Below, piece by piece: positions 25,026-35,722 of a stretch of 64,000 nucleotides of DNA (the stretch's first letter is position 1; each line of letters starts with the position of its first letter). The translations under genes were made by a program, and so were the position numbers. Where the stretch lies: the NCBI GenBank assembly GCA_030141605.1, contig JAQGDQ010000202.1, positions 156,099 to 220,098 on the forward strand, read 5' to 3'. Below the pieces are notes generated by a model. That model had not been told where the DNA came from and did not search any database. It saw only the letters and a list, made by a program, of their open reading frames with translations. Source of the DNA: Tubiluchus corallicola (Eukaryota > Animalia > Priapulida).

Positions 25026-26053
25026 TTTCTTTGAAGTTTTTTGTCTGTGGCTGCTGTCCATGTTACGCCACTGCATTTGCATGTACATAATGATCAAAGA
25101 TATGCAGCATTGAGTCTGGTCATTAAATTGATGAGTGACTGCCTGGTTTAATGCTTCTGGGTCCTATCTGCTATACTGCCTGAGAGTATGTATTTACTTA
25201 GGGAGGACGTATACATCTCTACTGTCCAATGTCTCCTCCCAGAGGATTGTCCTTGATAATGAGATAAATTATAGTCCTGCTGATCAACGAACATTATCAC
25301 CCACTGTCAACTGCTCACTTATATTACCAAAAACACCTCTGTAGAAATAGTAAATTTTCTTACATTTCCTTCTTAGTGCCACATTATTTCCATTTTTTAT
25401 AAGGGTACATTTTCGTCAATGGAACTGAAGCCAATTTTTTTACCCTTGGGTGCCACCGAACCAAAGCTTAATCAAATTATCAGCTGTGCTGCCAAACTAA
25501 ATTTTCTTGTAATTCCAATTGAAAAGAATCATAAACTCTTTGGTGTTTTATTGTTTAAGGTAGTGGTGATTGTTAAGCTGTGTAAAATTGTTCTGTTTAC
25601 TAAGTTCGTGTTTGTATTTAATAGTTAATGTTATGCAGAAAATATTTTAGAAGCTCACTAATTATTTCAAAATCTGTTCATACTATTTTGTATGATCAAT
25701 AAAAACTGTATTTAAGCAAGACTGCAGTAGTATAATTGTTTACTAGCTCCAGTTCTTATTATATTATTTCAGCATGTATTAGCGAATGCACCACTGGTAT
25801 TGCACATTGATACGACTTATGTACCGACAGTGCATCTTATTTTTTGTGGAAAAATTGAGCTAGTTTCAGATTTTTCTTCTAATTCCAATTTCTATTGATG
25901 TATTTTTATAATTTTTAGGTTTTTGCTGTCATCTTGTTGGTGAAGAGTGAGTTTAGCTACATTGCAAGTAAAGAATATTCAAATTTCATCCTCATTCAAA
26001 TTAGAAGAGCGGTAATATTGTAATTGGAAGTTTTCCCTGAATAGCTGAAGAGG

Positions 26054-29000
26054 ATGACATCAGGTCAACGAGCATTTGCACAAAAGCTTAGTAGACAACA
26101 GGCTGCTGATGTGAGAAAACAAGTATCTTCAGCATATGTTAAACAAATTTCAAAAAGCGGTAGCGATGCTACAATCTCTGTTCCGTTGTCTGATGCAGTG
26201 GAGCCTCTGGATTATGAAAATTTTATCATTCAGCATGAACAAGAAATTGATGCAGATCTGCTGCATCATTTACTCGAGTTTCCATCCGATGATATTGAGG
26301 TTGGTGTGATTCCAAGAAAAATTAGAACTATAGTGCCTGTTGTGCCTGACGAACCTTTTGACACAGCACCTCATGTGCGAGACTGTGTGCAATGTTACAC
26401 AGCTGATTGGTTAGGAGTATGCCGTAGGTATCAGTGTTATAGCTCTAGCTACAATATTCAGGATAGAGCTGCTGAAAAAGCAAATATTATAAAGTCTACT
26501 GAGAAACAGGTCTATGAGATTGACTTAGAAAATGATGCAGATAGTACTGGACAATCATCTAAGCGCTCTTCCGTTAATGATACACCTAGAGGCAGTTGGG
26601 CAAGTAGTATGTTTGATTTACAAAACTCACTGGCTGATCCTTTGTTACCTGATTTGTTAGACAAGGAGTCTGTTGACACCGCAGATCATACGAATGAAAC
26701 AGTAAGATCCAATGATAGACAACAAGACTTATTTAAACTTTATCCATTGCAAGATGAAGATGAAATAGTAGAAAGGCGTTTACCAGCTGATATTCCTTCT
26801 GATCGTTTTGGTTATAGAATTCTTGTGAGATGTTTAACACTGAAGTTAGACTTTGAAATTGAGCCAATATTTGCCTGTATGGCTCTGTATGATGTGCGTG
26901 ACAAAAAGAAAATATCTGAAAATTTTTACTTTGATATGAATCCGGATCATATCAAAAAGATGATGGCACGACATGTGCCTTATCAAGATGTTTCAACTCT
27001 CAGCAGGGCTTGTATTTTTAATATTACTTATCCGTCACCAGATATATTTTTATTAATAAAACTTGAAAAGGTTTTGCAACAAGGTGACATCACAGAGTGT
27101 GCTGAACCGTATATGAAAGATGACAAGAACAGGGAAAAAGCTAAACAAAATGCACAGTATTATTGTGAAAAGCTGGGACAATATATGATGCCATTTGCCT
27201 GGACTGCAATATATTTGATGAATATTATAAAAGGTGTTGGCAGTGCAGATAGAGACAGCACAGCTAGTGATTTTGATAGTATTGGTAGTGCCAGTAGTTT
27301 AGAGCGAAAGGCACTACCAAATTACGACAGTTTTAAGAGAAACAAAAGCGAAACATTTAACTCGCTACCCAGAAGGGGTTCTGTCGAAAGGACCCGTAGC
27401 TTGGGATTTGAAAAAAGATATAGCTGGTCACCAGAAGACACGTGCTCTAATTTGGAAAATTTTAGGCCTGTAACTCTTACTGTCTCTAGTTTCTTCAAGC
27501 AAGAGACTGACAGATTATCAGATGATGATCTGTACAAATTTTTGTTGGATTTGAAAAGGCCAACTTCGGGATTAAAAAAGTTGAAGTGCATTCCTGGAAC
27601 ACTTAAGCTTGACATCTCACCTAGCCCAGATGACATCAAGTACTGCCTGACACCTGAACTGGCTAAAATTGATCCATACCCTGATGATAAAGGTCGTCCA
27701 ACCAAAGAAATAATTGAATTTCCACCTAGAGAGGTTTTTGTGCCTCATTATCAATACAGAAATATTTTATTTGTTTATCCCAAAAGTATCAATTTTGCTA
27801 ACAGAACAGGCTCTGCGAGAAATATTGCTGTCAAAATTCAATTACTGGCTGCTGAAGAAGATCATAATGCGCTTCCGGTAATATTCGGGAAATCTAGCTG
27901 TCCGGAATTCAAACATTATGCATATACGGCAGTAAACTATCATAATAAGACTCCAGACTTTTATGAAGAGGTGAAAATTAAGCTTCCTTGTCAGCTCGAC
28001 AGCCAACACCATTTATTATTTACCTTTTATCATATAAGTTGCCAGAAAAAAATAGAACAAACACCATTGGAAACTGAAATAGGTTGCACTTGGTTGCCGC
28101 TTTGTCCTGGCAGAAGACTTCAAGTTGGGGAGTTTTGTTTGCCTGTTTCTCTTGAAAAGCTGCCACCTGGATATTCAGTCTTACATCCTGAAGTGCAGTT
28201 GCCTGGAATGAAGTGGCTTGATAACCATAAACCTGTGTTTACAGTTAAAGTTGAAGCAGTTTCGTCAATTCATACCTTAGATCCAGCAGTTGATCATTTC
28301 CTATTTTTGTGCTATGACATTGAGGAAGAAAACTTGCCAGGGCGAGTTAGTGAAGTTAGTGTTGAGTCTGAACTTAAGCAGTGTATTACAAACTTGAATG
28401 ATTGTGCATTAGAATCTCTTGTGCATTTCCTTCCACTTGTTTTAGACAAACTAATTTTACTTCTTGTTCATCCTCCTGTAATCGCAGGTCAAATGATAAA
28501 TGTAGGTCAAACTTCATTTGAGACATTAGCAGAAGTTATAAAAACACTGACTATTGATCTGGAAATGTGTAACGATCAGCATGGAAGAAACAGTCTTCTT
28601 GCATCATACATTCAGTTTGCTTGCACATTGCCGCAGCAGGACACCAGTCACTCACTGTCTGCTCAGTGTACTCCAACAGAAGCACTTATTAATTTGTGCC
28701 AGTCCCCTCTATCATCATCTTACCCACGCAGCTCTAGTAATCCTGAGCTGACTGGTTTTTTTCATCATGTTTCTAGCCCTGTTGAGGCTGCTCGTCCAAT
28801 AGAAAGAACTGGAAGTATGAGAACAACTTATGAAAGTGTAAACAGTAGCTCGAAATTGCAATGTAAGAAATTAGTACACGAAGAAATAGCATTGCAGTGG
28901 GTAGTATCTAGTGGATCTGTAAGAGAAGCTGCACTTGCTAATGCTTGGTTCTTCTTTGAATTGATGGTTAAGAGTATGGCTAAATTTTTAGCTGAGACGG

Positions 29001-32000
29001 ATAAACTTGATGCTCCGCGCCAGCTTAGGTTTTCCAGCCAGTTCGTTGATGACATAACTGCTCTACTGTCTGCTTGCATTGCGGATATTATAAACCGTCA
29101 CAACAAAGAGTGGAAACTTGTGCAGAGCCTTAATAACAGTGTTGCCTTCTTTCTGTACGATGCATTATCTTTAATGGATAGAGGATATGTGTTTGGTCAA
29201 ATTAGATATTACTGTCATGAGATTGCTAAGAAAATTAGCACTTTGAATGATTCTTCAGGACTTATGTGTCTGAAATTAGATTTTCTTCGCATTATATGTA
29301 GTCATGAGCATTACATAACATTAAATCTTCCATTTGGAACTCATGTTTGTCCTTCACGCTCTTCTTCACCTAGTCCTAGTGTAGTAAGTTCCCAGTCGGG
29401 CTTGTCGTCACTTTGCTCTAATAGACAAAGTGTCACTTTTTCCGATTTGCCCATAGAATTCCGCCAACAGCATTATCTTGTAGGATTAGTGCTATCAAAT
29501 CTTTCAGTAGCCTTGGAAAGCTCTAGCATTGTTGTGCATCATAAAGCTGTTAATTTAGTACGGAATCTCCTTGCTTGTCATGACTCAGATCCCAGATATT
29601 CAGATCGGGAAAGTCGGTGTCGCATTGCTGCCCTTTACCAACCACTTTTGGGTATTGTTATGGGCTCTCTATGCCAGCTTGTTGATTCATCTAGTGGAAA
29701 ACCTGTGAAATCTGTTCTTGCTGGTGATACTGATGAGTATTCAAGTTACCAATCCCACATTAACCAAAGTGTTGCAATGGCAATTGCAGGCTCTTCGGTA
29801 TTTTCTCGGGAAAGTACTTCAAGTGGAGTTGCGTATGGACCAATGCTTAAACAAAAACCTCAATTAAAAGTAGAAGACTCTTGTACTTTGTTGATGTGTT
29901 TTTTGTGGGTCTTGAAGAATATAGAGAAAAGAATGTTAGTTGATTGGTGGACTACATTGTCTTTAACATCTATGCAAGAATTATTAGATGTGTTGTACTT
30001 TTGTGTCTCATGTTTTGAATATAAAGGCATATCTCTCATAAAACGTCAAAGTCAACAAGTATTCCAAAAAAGTTCTGATATAAAAAGCAAACTTGAGGAT
30101 GTCATATTGGGTGCAGGAAGTGCAAGGAGTGAAATGATGCTTCGGCGTCGTGAGCGTAATCCTCCATCACCTCACATGTCAGGAGAGAGATCGTTACGTT
30201 GGCGTAAAGAAATGACTCAGTGGAAGCAGGCATTTGAGCAGCCGGATAGACCAAAAGTTCACACGGGTTATGATGCACATATAGAGGGTAATCTGGCAAC
30301 AGAAGTCAACCTATTGGTTGTAGACATGCTTGAATTTGTTATAAAAATGATACAACAGTCGGAAAGTTTACAGAGCAGTAATCTCTTAGGTGGTGTTCTT
30401 AGAGTTTTTCAACATTGTTTAACTTGTAATCAGAGTGAATTAGTTTTAAAAAATTTATTTGCATCACAGCGTTCTCTTGTCTTCAAGTTTCCAGAGTTGT
30501 TATTTGAAGAAGAAACAGAACAATGTGCTGACTTATGTTTAAGACTGTTGACTCATTGTAGCAGTTGTTTGAGCAGTGTGCGCTCTCAGGCCAGTGGATC
30601 ACTATATTTACTGATGAGACAAAACTTTGAGATTGGTAACAACTTTGCTCGTGTAAAAATGCAGGTTACTATGTCTCTGAGTTCTTTGGTTGGAACTAAT
30701 CAGTCTTTTAATGAAGAATATTTACGGCGTTCTTTGAAAACAATGCTGATCTATGCTGAAGAGGATGTTGAACTACAAGAGACAACATTTCCTGAGCAAG
30801 TGAAAGATCTAGTTTTCAATCTACACATGATTCTGTCTGATACTGTTAAGATGAAAGAATTTCAAGAAGATCCAGAAATGCTTATAGATTTGATGTATCG
30901 TATAGCAAAAGGATATCAAACATCTCCAGATCTGAGATTAACATGGCTTCAGAACATGGCTGGCAAGCACAGTGAAAGAAATAACCATGCAGAGGCTGCA
31001 ATGTGCATAGTGCATTCTGCTGCTCTGGTTGCAGAGTATCTGCATATGATAGAGGACAGGCGGTACTTACCCATTGGTTGTGTTACTTTTCAGCACATAT
31101 CGCCAAATGTTTTAGAAGAGAGTGCGGTTTCAGATGATGTGGTATCTCCTGATGAAGAAGGTATTTGCACTGGTAAATATTTTTCTGAAAATGGTCTTGT
31201 TGGTTTGCTTGAACAAAGTGCTAGTTCTTTTAACATGGCATCAATGTATGAAGCAGTCAATGAAGTGTATCACATTTTGATTCCTATACATGAGGCCAAC
31301 AAAGACTATAAAAAACTTGCTAGCGTGCATGGGAAACTTCATGATGCTTTTAACAAGGTGGCACATCAGCCAATGAAAAGGATATTTAGCTCATTTTACA
31401 GAGTTGGGTTTTATAGCAGCAAATTTGGTGATTTGGATGGAGAAGAGTTTGTCTACAAAGAGCAACCAATGACTAAACTTCCTGAAATATCACATAGGTT
31501 AGAATCGTTTTACATAGACAGATTTGGTCCAAACACTGTGGAAATAATAAAAGATTCAAACAATGTTGACAGGTCAAAATTAAATCCTGATAAAGCATAC
31601 ATACAAATTACATATGTCGAACCATATTTTGACATGTATGAACTTCGTGATCGAACTACAGATTTTGACAAAAATTTCACAATTAATAGATTTGTTTATG
31701 CTACTCCATTCACACATAGTGGTCGTGCTCATGGAGAACTGCGTGAGCAGTACAAACGGAAAACTATTCTCACTACTACGCATTCATTTCCATACATTAG
31801 AACCAGAATACAGGTAAAGTCCAGAAAACAGGTGGTGCTTACTCCTATTGAAGTAGCAATTGAAGATATTCAGAAAAAGACTGCAGAACTGTATGATGCA
31901 TTGTCACAGGAGCCCCCAGATCCTAAAATTCTGCAGATGGTCCTCCAGGGTTGTATTGGCACAACGGTCAATCAAGGTCCTATGGAAATAGCACTAGTAT

Positions 32001-32281
32001 TTCTGTCTGATGTATCAGATGGAACAAAGCCTTGCACAAAACACCAAAATAAGCTGCGTTTGTGTTTCAAGGACTTCATTAGGAAATGTGCAGATGCTTT
32101 AAGGAAGAATAAGACCCTCATTAGTCAAGAGCAAAGAGAATATCAAAAAGAACTGGAGAGGAATTATAGCTCATTGGTAGAAAAGCTAGGGCACATGCTT
32201 ATTAGTGCCCAGAGACGTGCACAGCTGGAAAAAGGTGATTCCAATAACGAAACTCACTTTACAAATGTCACAACGGCTTAA
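26054..32281 (+). CDS. DOCK7: Dedicator of cytokinesis, DOCK-C subfamily (DOCK6/7/8 ortholog), 2075 aa, single coding exon
   Basis: Uninterrupted 6228-bp ORF. N-terminus RAFAQKLSR...VEPLDYE; DHR1/C2 (YRNILFVYPKSINF...PDFYEEVKIKLP...HHLLFTFYHISC); DHR2 (SPDLRLTWL...YIQITYVEPYF...LQGCIGTTVNQGP). Confidence 0.96.
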   Translation: MTSGQRAFAQKLSRQQAADVRKQVSSAYVKQISKSGSDATISVPLSDAVEPLDYENFIIQHEQEIDADLLHHLLEFPSDDIEVGVIPRKIRTIVPVVPDEPFDTAPHVRDCVQCYTADWLGVCRRYQCYSSSYNIQDRAAEKANIIKSTEKQVYEIDLENDADSTGQSSKRSSVNDTPRGSWASSMFDLQNSLADPLLPDLLDKESVDTADHTNETVRSNDRQQDLFKLYPLQDEDEIVERRLPADIPSDRFGYRILVRCLTLKLDFEIEPIFACMALYDVRDKKKISENFYFDMNPDHIKKMMARHVPYQDVSTLSRACIFNITYPSPDIFLLIKLEKVLQQGDITECAEPYMKDDKNREKAKQNAQYYCEKLGQYMMPFAWTAIYLMNIIKGVGSADRDSTASDFDSIGSASSLERKALPNYDSFKRNKSETFNSLPRRGSVERTRSLGFEKRYSWSPEDTCSNLENFRPVTLTVSSFFKQETDRLSDDDLYKFLLDLKRPTSGLKKLKCIPGTLKLDISPSPDDIKYCLTPELAKIDPYPDDKGRPTKEIIEFPPREVFVPHYQYRNILFVYPKSINFANRTGSARNIAVKIQLLAAEEDHNALPVIFGKSSCPEFKHYAYTAVNYHNKTPDFYEEVKIKLPCQLDSQHHLLFTFYHISCQKKIEQTPLETEIGCTWLPLCPGRRLQVGEFCLPVSLEKLPPGYSVLHPEVQLPGMKWLDNHKPVFTVKVEAVSSIHTLDPAVDHFLFLCYDIEEENLPGRVSEVSVESELKQCITNLNDCALESLVHFLPLVLDKLILLLVHPPVIAGQMINVGQTSFETLAEVIKTLTIDLEMCNDQHGRNSLLASYIQFACTLPQQDTSHSLSAQCTPTEALINLCQSPLSSSYPRSSSNPELTGFFHHVSSPVEAARPIERTGSMRTTYESVNSSSKLQCKKLVHEEIALQWVVSSGSVREAALANAWFFFELMVKSMAKFLAETDKLDAPRQLRFSSQFVDDITALLSACIADIINRHNKEWKLVQSLNNSVAFFLYDALSLMDRGYVFGQIRYYCHEIAKKISTLNDSSGLMCLKLDFLRIICSHEHYITLNLPFGTHVCPSRSSSPSPSVVSSQSGLSSLCSNRQSVTFSDLPIEFRQQHYLVGLVLSNLSVALESSSIVVHHKAVNLVRNLLACHDSDPRYSDRESRCRIAALYQPLLGIVMGSLCQLVDSSSGKPVKSVLAGDTDEYSSYQSHINQSVAMAIAGSSVFSRESTSSGVAYGPMLKQKPQLKVEDSCTLLMCFLWVLKNIEKRMLVDWWTTLSLTSMQELLDVLYFCVSCFEYKGISLIKRQSQQVFQKSSDIKSKLEDVILGAGSARSEMMLRRRERNPPSPHMSGERSLRWRKEMTQWKQAFEQPDRPKVHTGYDAHIEGNLATEVNLLVVDMLEFVIKMIQQSESLQSSNLLGGVLRVFQHCLTCNQSELVLKNLFASQRSLVFKFPELLFEEETEQCADLCLRLLTHCSSCLSSVRSQASGSLYLLMRQNFEIGNNFARVKMQVTMSLSSLVGTNQSFNEEYLRRSLKTMLIYAEEDVELQETTFPEQVKDLVFNLHMILSDTVKMKEFQEDPEMLIDLMYRIAKGYQTSPDLRLTWLQNMAGKHSERNNHAEAAMCIVHSAALVAEYLHMIEDRRYLPIGCVTFQHISPNVLEESAVSDDVVSPDEEGICTGKYFSENGLVGLLEQSASSFNMASMYEAVNEVYHILIPIHEANKDYKKLASVHGKLHDAFNKVAHQPMKRIFSSFYRVGFYSSKFGDLDGEEFVYKEQPMTKLPEISHRLESFYIDRFGPNTVEIIKDSNNVDRSKLNPDKAYIQITYVEPYFDMYELRDRTTDFDKNFTINRFVYATPFTHSGRAHGELREQYKRKTILTTTHSFPYIRTRIQVKSRKQVVLTPIEVAIEDIQKKTAELYDALSQEPPDPKILQMVLQGCIGTTVNQGPMEIALVFLSDVSDGTKPCTKHQNKLRLCFKDFIRKCADALRKNKTLISQEQREYQKELERNYSSLVEKLGHMLISAQRRAQLEKGDSNNETHFTNVTTA

Positions 32282-34749
32282 AATTACACTGTCTTTTACA
32301 TGAAATGTTATGTATTTGTAATGTAAAGTAATGATACTGCAACTTAATTAGTTGAAAATTTTGTAATGTGTAAGAACATTAATATTTTTGTGTATTTCAT
32401 GGCATTTTTTCACACTTTGACATATGTATTACGTTACATATAAATGTTCATAAGTCAATCTTATTTAATACTGTTTGCTTACAACTTTTGCAAGGCATAT
32501 TTTTACTTTAGTTGCAAGTTATTTGGATTTTTTGGTTGCACGTTTCTTCAAATAATTGTAGTCATATACTCAATATGAAAAGTCTGAAATGTATCCTAGT
32601 ATGTAAACACGCTACAATAGCAAGTATTAATTTAGGTAAGCTGAAATAAAACAGTTGAGAGTTCTGATGTACTACATTAGTCCACCATGAGGTTATTAAT
32701 TATGTGTCTATTACAAGATTTAATTTTAATTTCCTTAAAGAATATTATCAGTTTGTGCTGTGCCATTATCACAATTTCATAAAAGCAATGCCATGCATAT
32801 AGTTACTAATCACAACTGTCGTTTATTACGTTTTTTGCTTTTCATTTTGGTTTCACCATTCAGTAGATCTGAAACTCCATTGATGACAGTGAAACTTTAA
32901 TAGAAATGCTACAGTGAAACAGTTTAACAAGAAACAATGGTACTCACATGTACGTGTTAATGTCATCATTAACAACAACAACAACAATAATAATGACAAA
33001 AATAATAATATTTTATTCTTAAACACACTACATGGCTACGTCTTCTCAGGGCAATTTACATCTGTGACAATAAAATTTTAAAATAATAAACCACTAATAA
33101 ATTTGATAAAAGTATAAATTTAAATTTCTAAACTTGTAAAGATATGCCGAAATTTTGGCTTTAGATTGCTGTATACTAAATTTAATTTGCCTATTACTCT
33201 GCCTCCCTTGTGGGTACAGGGCATTTGCGTGTGGGATATTGGGAGGCCAAACACTTGAGTCTAGCTCACTCGGGCGCCTGCACCGATGCACAAATTACGA
33301 CCAGTATGACTATCACGCAAGAATTTCTGTTTTGTACTAAAAATCACAATCCCTTGCGGGATTAAATTGTTGTCGTAATTCTTGCCCTTTACCTGATTAC
33401 CATATTAGTTTTAAAAACATCTAAAGTGTTTTTTGTACGGCATGCATGGCATATCAAGACAGTAAGACGCCCTAGGCTGACAGTTTAGGCTGCCCATCTT
33501 TCATGAATTAATGTTTGGTTATACATGAGCCCGATGCACAATTATTTGTGATGTGTTAATAATACTATTACCAGTGTGGTTATCGTTAATTACATGTTAG
33601 GTTATACATTTATTTGCATAGCGCTTATGTCTAAGGCAAGCTGTGCAGCTGTTTGTGGGTGTAAAACGTTTTATGAAATAAATATAATATTTGTTTTTTA
33701 TTATATGACAGTTACGTACAAGGTGGCTCGTACTCTTTGTTGTGTATATAAAAGCGGGTTCAGTAGCTGCTTATGGTGTGTTATAAAATATGTGCTTTAT
33801 AGGAGCATGAAAGGATAACTTGCATTTTTCGACGAAAATAAGAAATTTCTAACGCAGTTATGCCCCTAATGAAAGCAAATAACTTCTTTCGCAAGTACGA
33901 CCATGTAAAATAGGAAACAATTATTATAGTATCACTTGGGTCAACAGTTGAAAATAATCCATGTTTACTATTTTAATATTAGCTGCCAGGACAAGAATTA
34001 TGTCTTTAAAATCACAAAAGTAAGTGACGTAGTAAGTGACTTTTACATAAGTAAGACCATAAAAAATGCAAAAAACACCTAAAGCTTTTTAGTGATATAA
34101 TGAGAAAACATTGAAAGAAGGAATTGCAAATCTCGTCTAAGTTTATGTTTATTTTTAATTTCAGCCAAGTAGCAGTTTTGACTGCTCACCTTGATATAAA
34201 AAGATTAGTCTTGAAGTCTTGAATAATATATTTCTAAAAGTCTTTAGCGACATGCTAGAAGTTTCGAGTGCACATGGTTAGTATAAATGCTGTGAAAAGC
34301 AGCACACTAACTGGTGATGGTATTAGACGTTATGAAAAGAGGTGAAACAGGCAAAACAAAATGGTGGGTGCGGGCTAAAAACATAGTTAGATTTACTGAC
34401 TGGTTAGGTGGGATGGCGTCCTCCTGGTAGAAACAGCAGAGGGTGCTAGTGCCGTGAAGTGATTTCTCAGATATCCGGTGGAAGTTTGTTCCACAAGCGT
34501 ATTGTTCTGGGGTAGGACTATAAATAAACATTAACTCTTGCTGCTGGCTGAACAAATTTGTTGTTATCCTTGAGAGACGGGGTGATATATGTTGGTCTTT
34601 ACACAATTTACATATTACCTTATGTGAGATCAGAGGGTGCCGTAGTTTGCATTAGCACTTTTGTGCCGATGATATGCAGCTTTATCTTTCATTTCATGCA
34701 AGGAATGCTGATTCAGAATTCGCAGTTCAAGGCATTGCTACTTCACCCT

Positions 34750-35470
34750 CAGCTAGCAGCAAGAAACTTGCCCTGTATTTTTGACAATAATTTGTTATTT
34801 GACAAAAATGTCAATCAGACATGCAGCATTGCCTTTCCATCCCAAAGCTTCAGTAAATTGGATACGTTTTAGACAAAGGTACCACTGAGTAGCTAATGCA
34901 CGCATTTGTTACAGCCCGCTGAGATTATTGCCATTCTGTTCTTTCAGGTATGCATTCTTGCTACCATGAAAAGTTGGAACGTGTACAAAATGCTGCAGCT
35001 TGTGTTGTGACCAAAGCAAAGAAATTCAATCATATAACTCCAATTTTATTTGACCTTCTCACGCGTTCAATTAAATAATGGACAGATTTTAATATTTTAT
35101 GCTTGCTTATAAATGTGTGAACTCGGTCCAACCTAGAACAAAACTAGTCACTTGTGGAAGATGATCCTCATCTGCCCCTCCTTTGTTTAAAACAGCCATT
35201 CACATAGGGCAGGGAGAGTCATTTTCAAAACACGCCTCAAAACCGTTTTATCTGTAATTACACAAATTAATTTGTATTGGATTCCCATTATGTCTTGCAT
35301 GTTGTCTGTAGAATTGCATTGTATGTATTATCTAACCATGCTTTTTTATTTTTTATAGTAGTGTATAATTTTTAAGTTAATTATGATGTATTTCTACTCC
35401 CACGTTTTACTTATTTTTGACTGTAAAGCCCTAGAGTACTTTATGGATTTAAGGCGAATGAATTATTATT
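34750..35470 (+). mobile_element. 5'-truncated, degenerate L2 LINE (post-RT region and 3' tail) abutting the CK1alpha promoter
   Basis: Translated remnants ARNLPCIFDNNL, LMHAFVTAR*DYCHS and KLERVQNAAACVVTKAKKFNHITPIL; tail tgtaaagccctagag...attattatt. Confidence 0.8.
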
Positions 35471-35559
35471 AGTAGCACAGCATATGAGACATCATCAGGC
35501 GAAGGCATAGAGTTACATGTCAAAATTTTCTTCATTAGCGTATCTATGGTCTGGACAAT

Positions 35560-35722
35560 CGGCCTTTGATCTTGACACGTGACGTTGCTGTACAAGACGT
35601 CCCAAAACTCTTTGCGCGTATTTGTTACAGGAAGAAAAATGGCCGTCGAATAGTGGAGTTGTGAAATCTGTTGCACGTCTATTTTGTGCCTGTGCTTTTG
35701 TATTCAATTTGGCGCAGACCAA
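35560..35722 (+). promoter_or_regulatory. CSNK1A1 proximal promoter / 5' UTR
   Basis: CpG-enriched; overlapping E-box/CRE cacgtgacgt (about 35576), YY1-type aaaatggccg (35636) and E2F-like tttggcgc (35708) just upstream of the ATG. Confidence 0.55.

Noticed and set aside
27322-31817. Antisense and alternative-frame ORFs inside DOCK
   Set aside because: Short shadow ORFs expected within a long CDS; no recognisable motifs.
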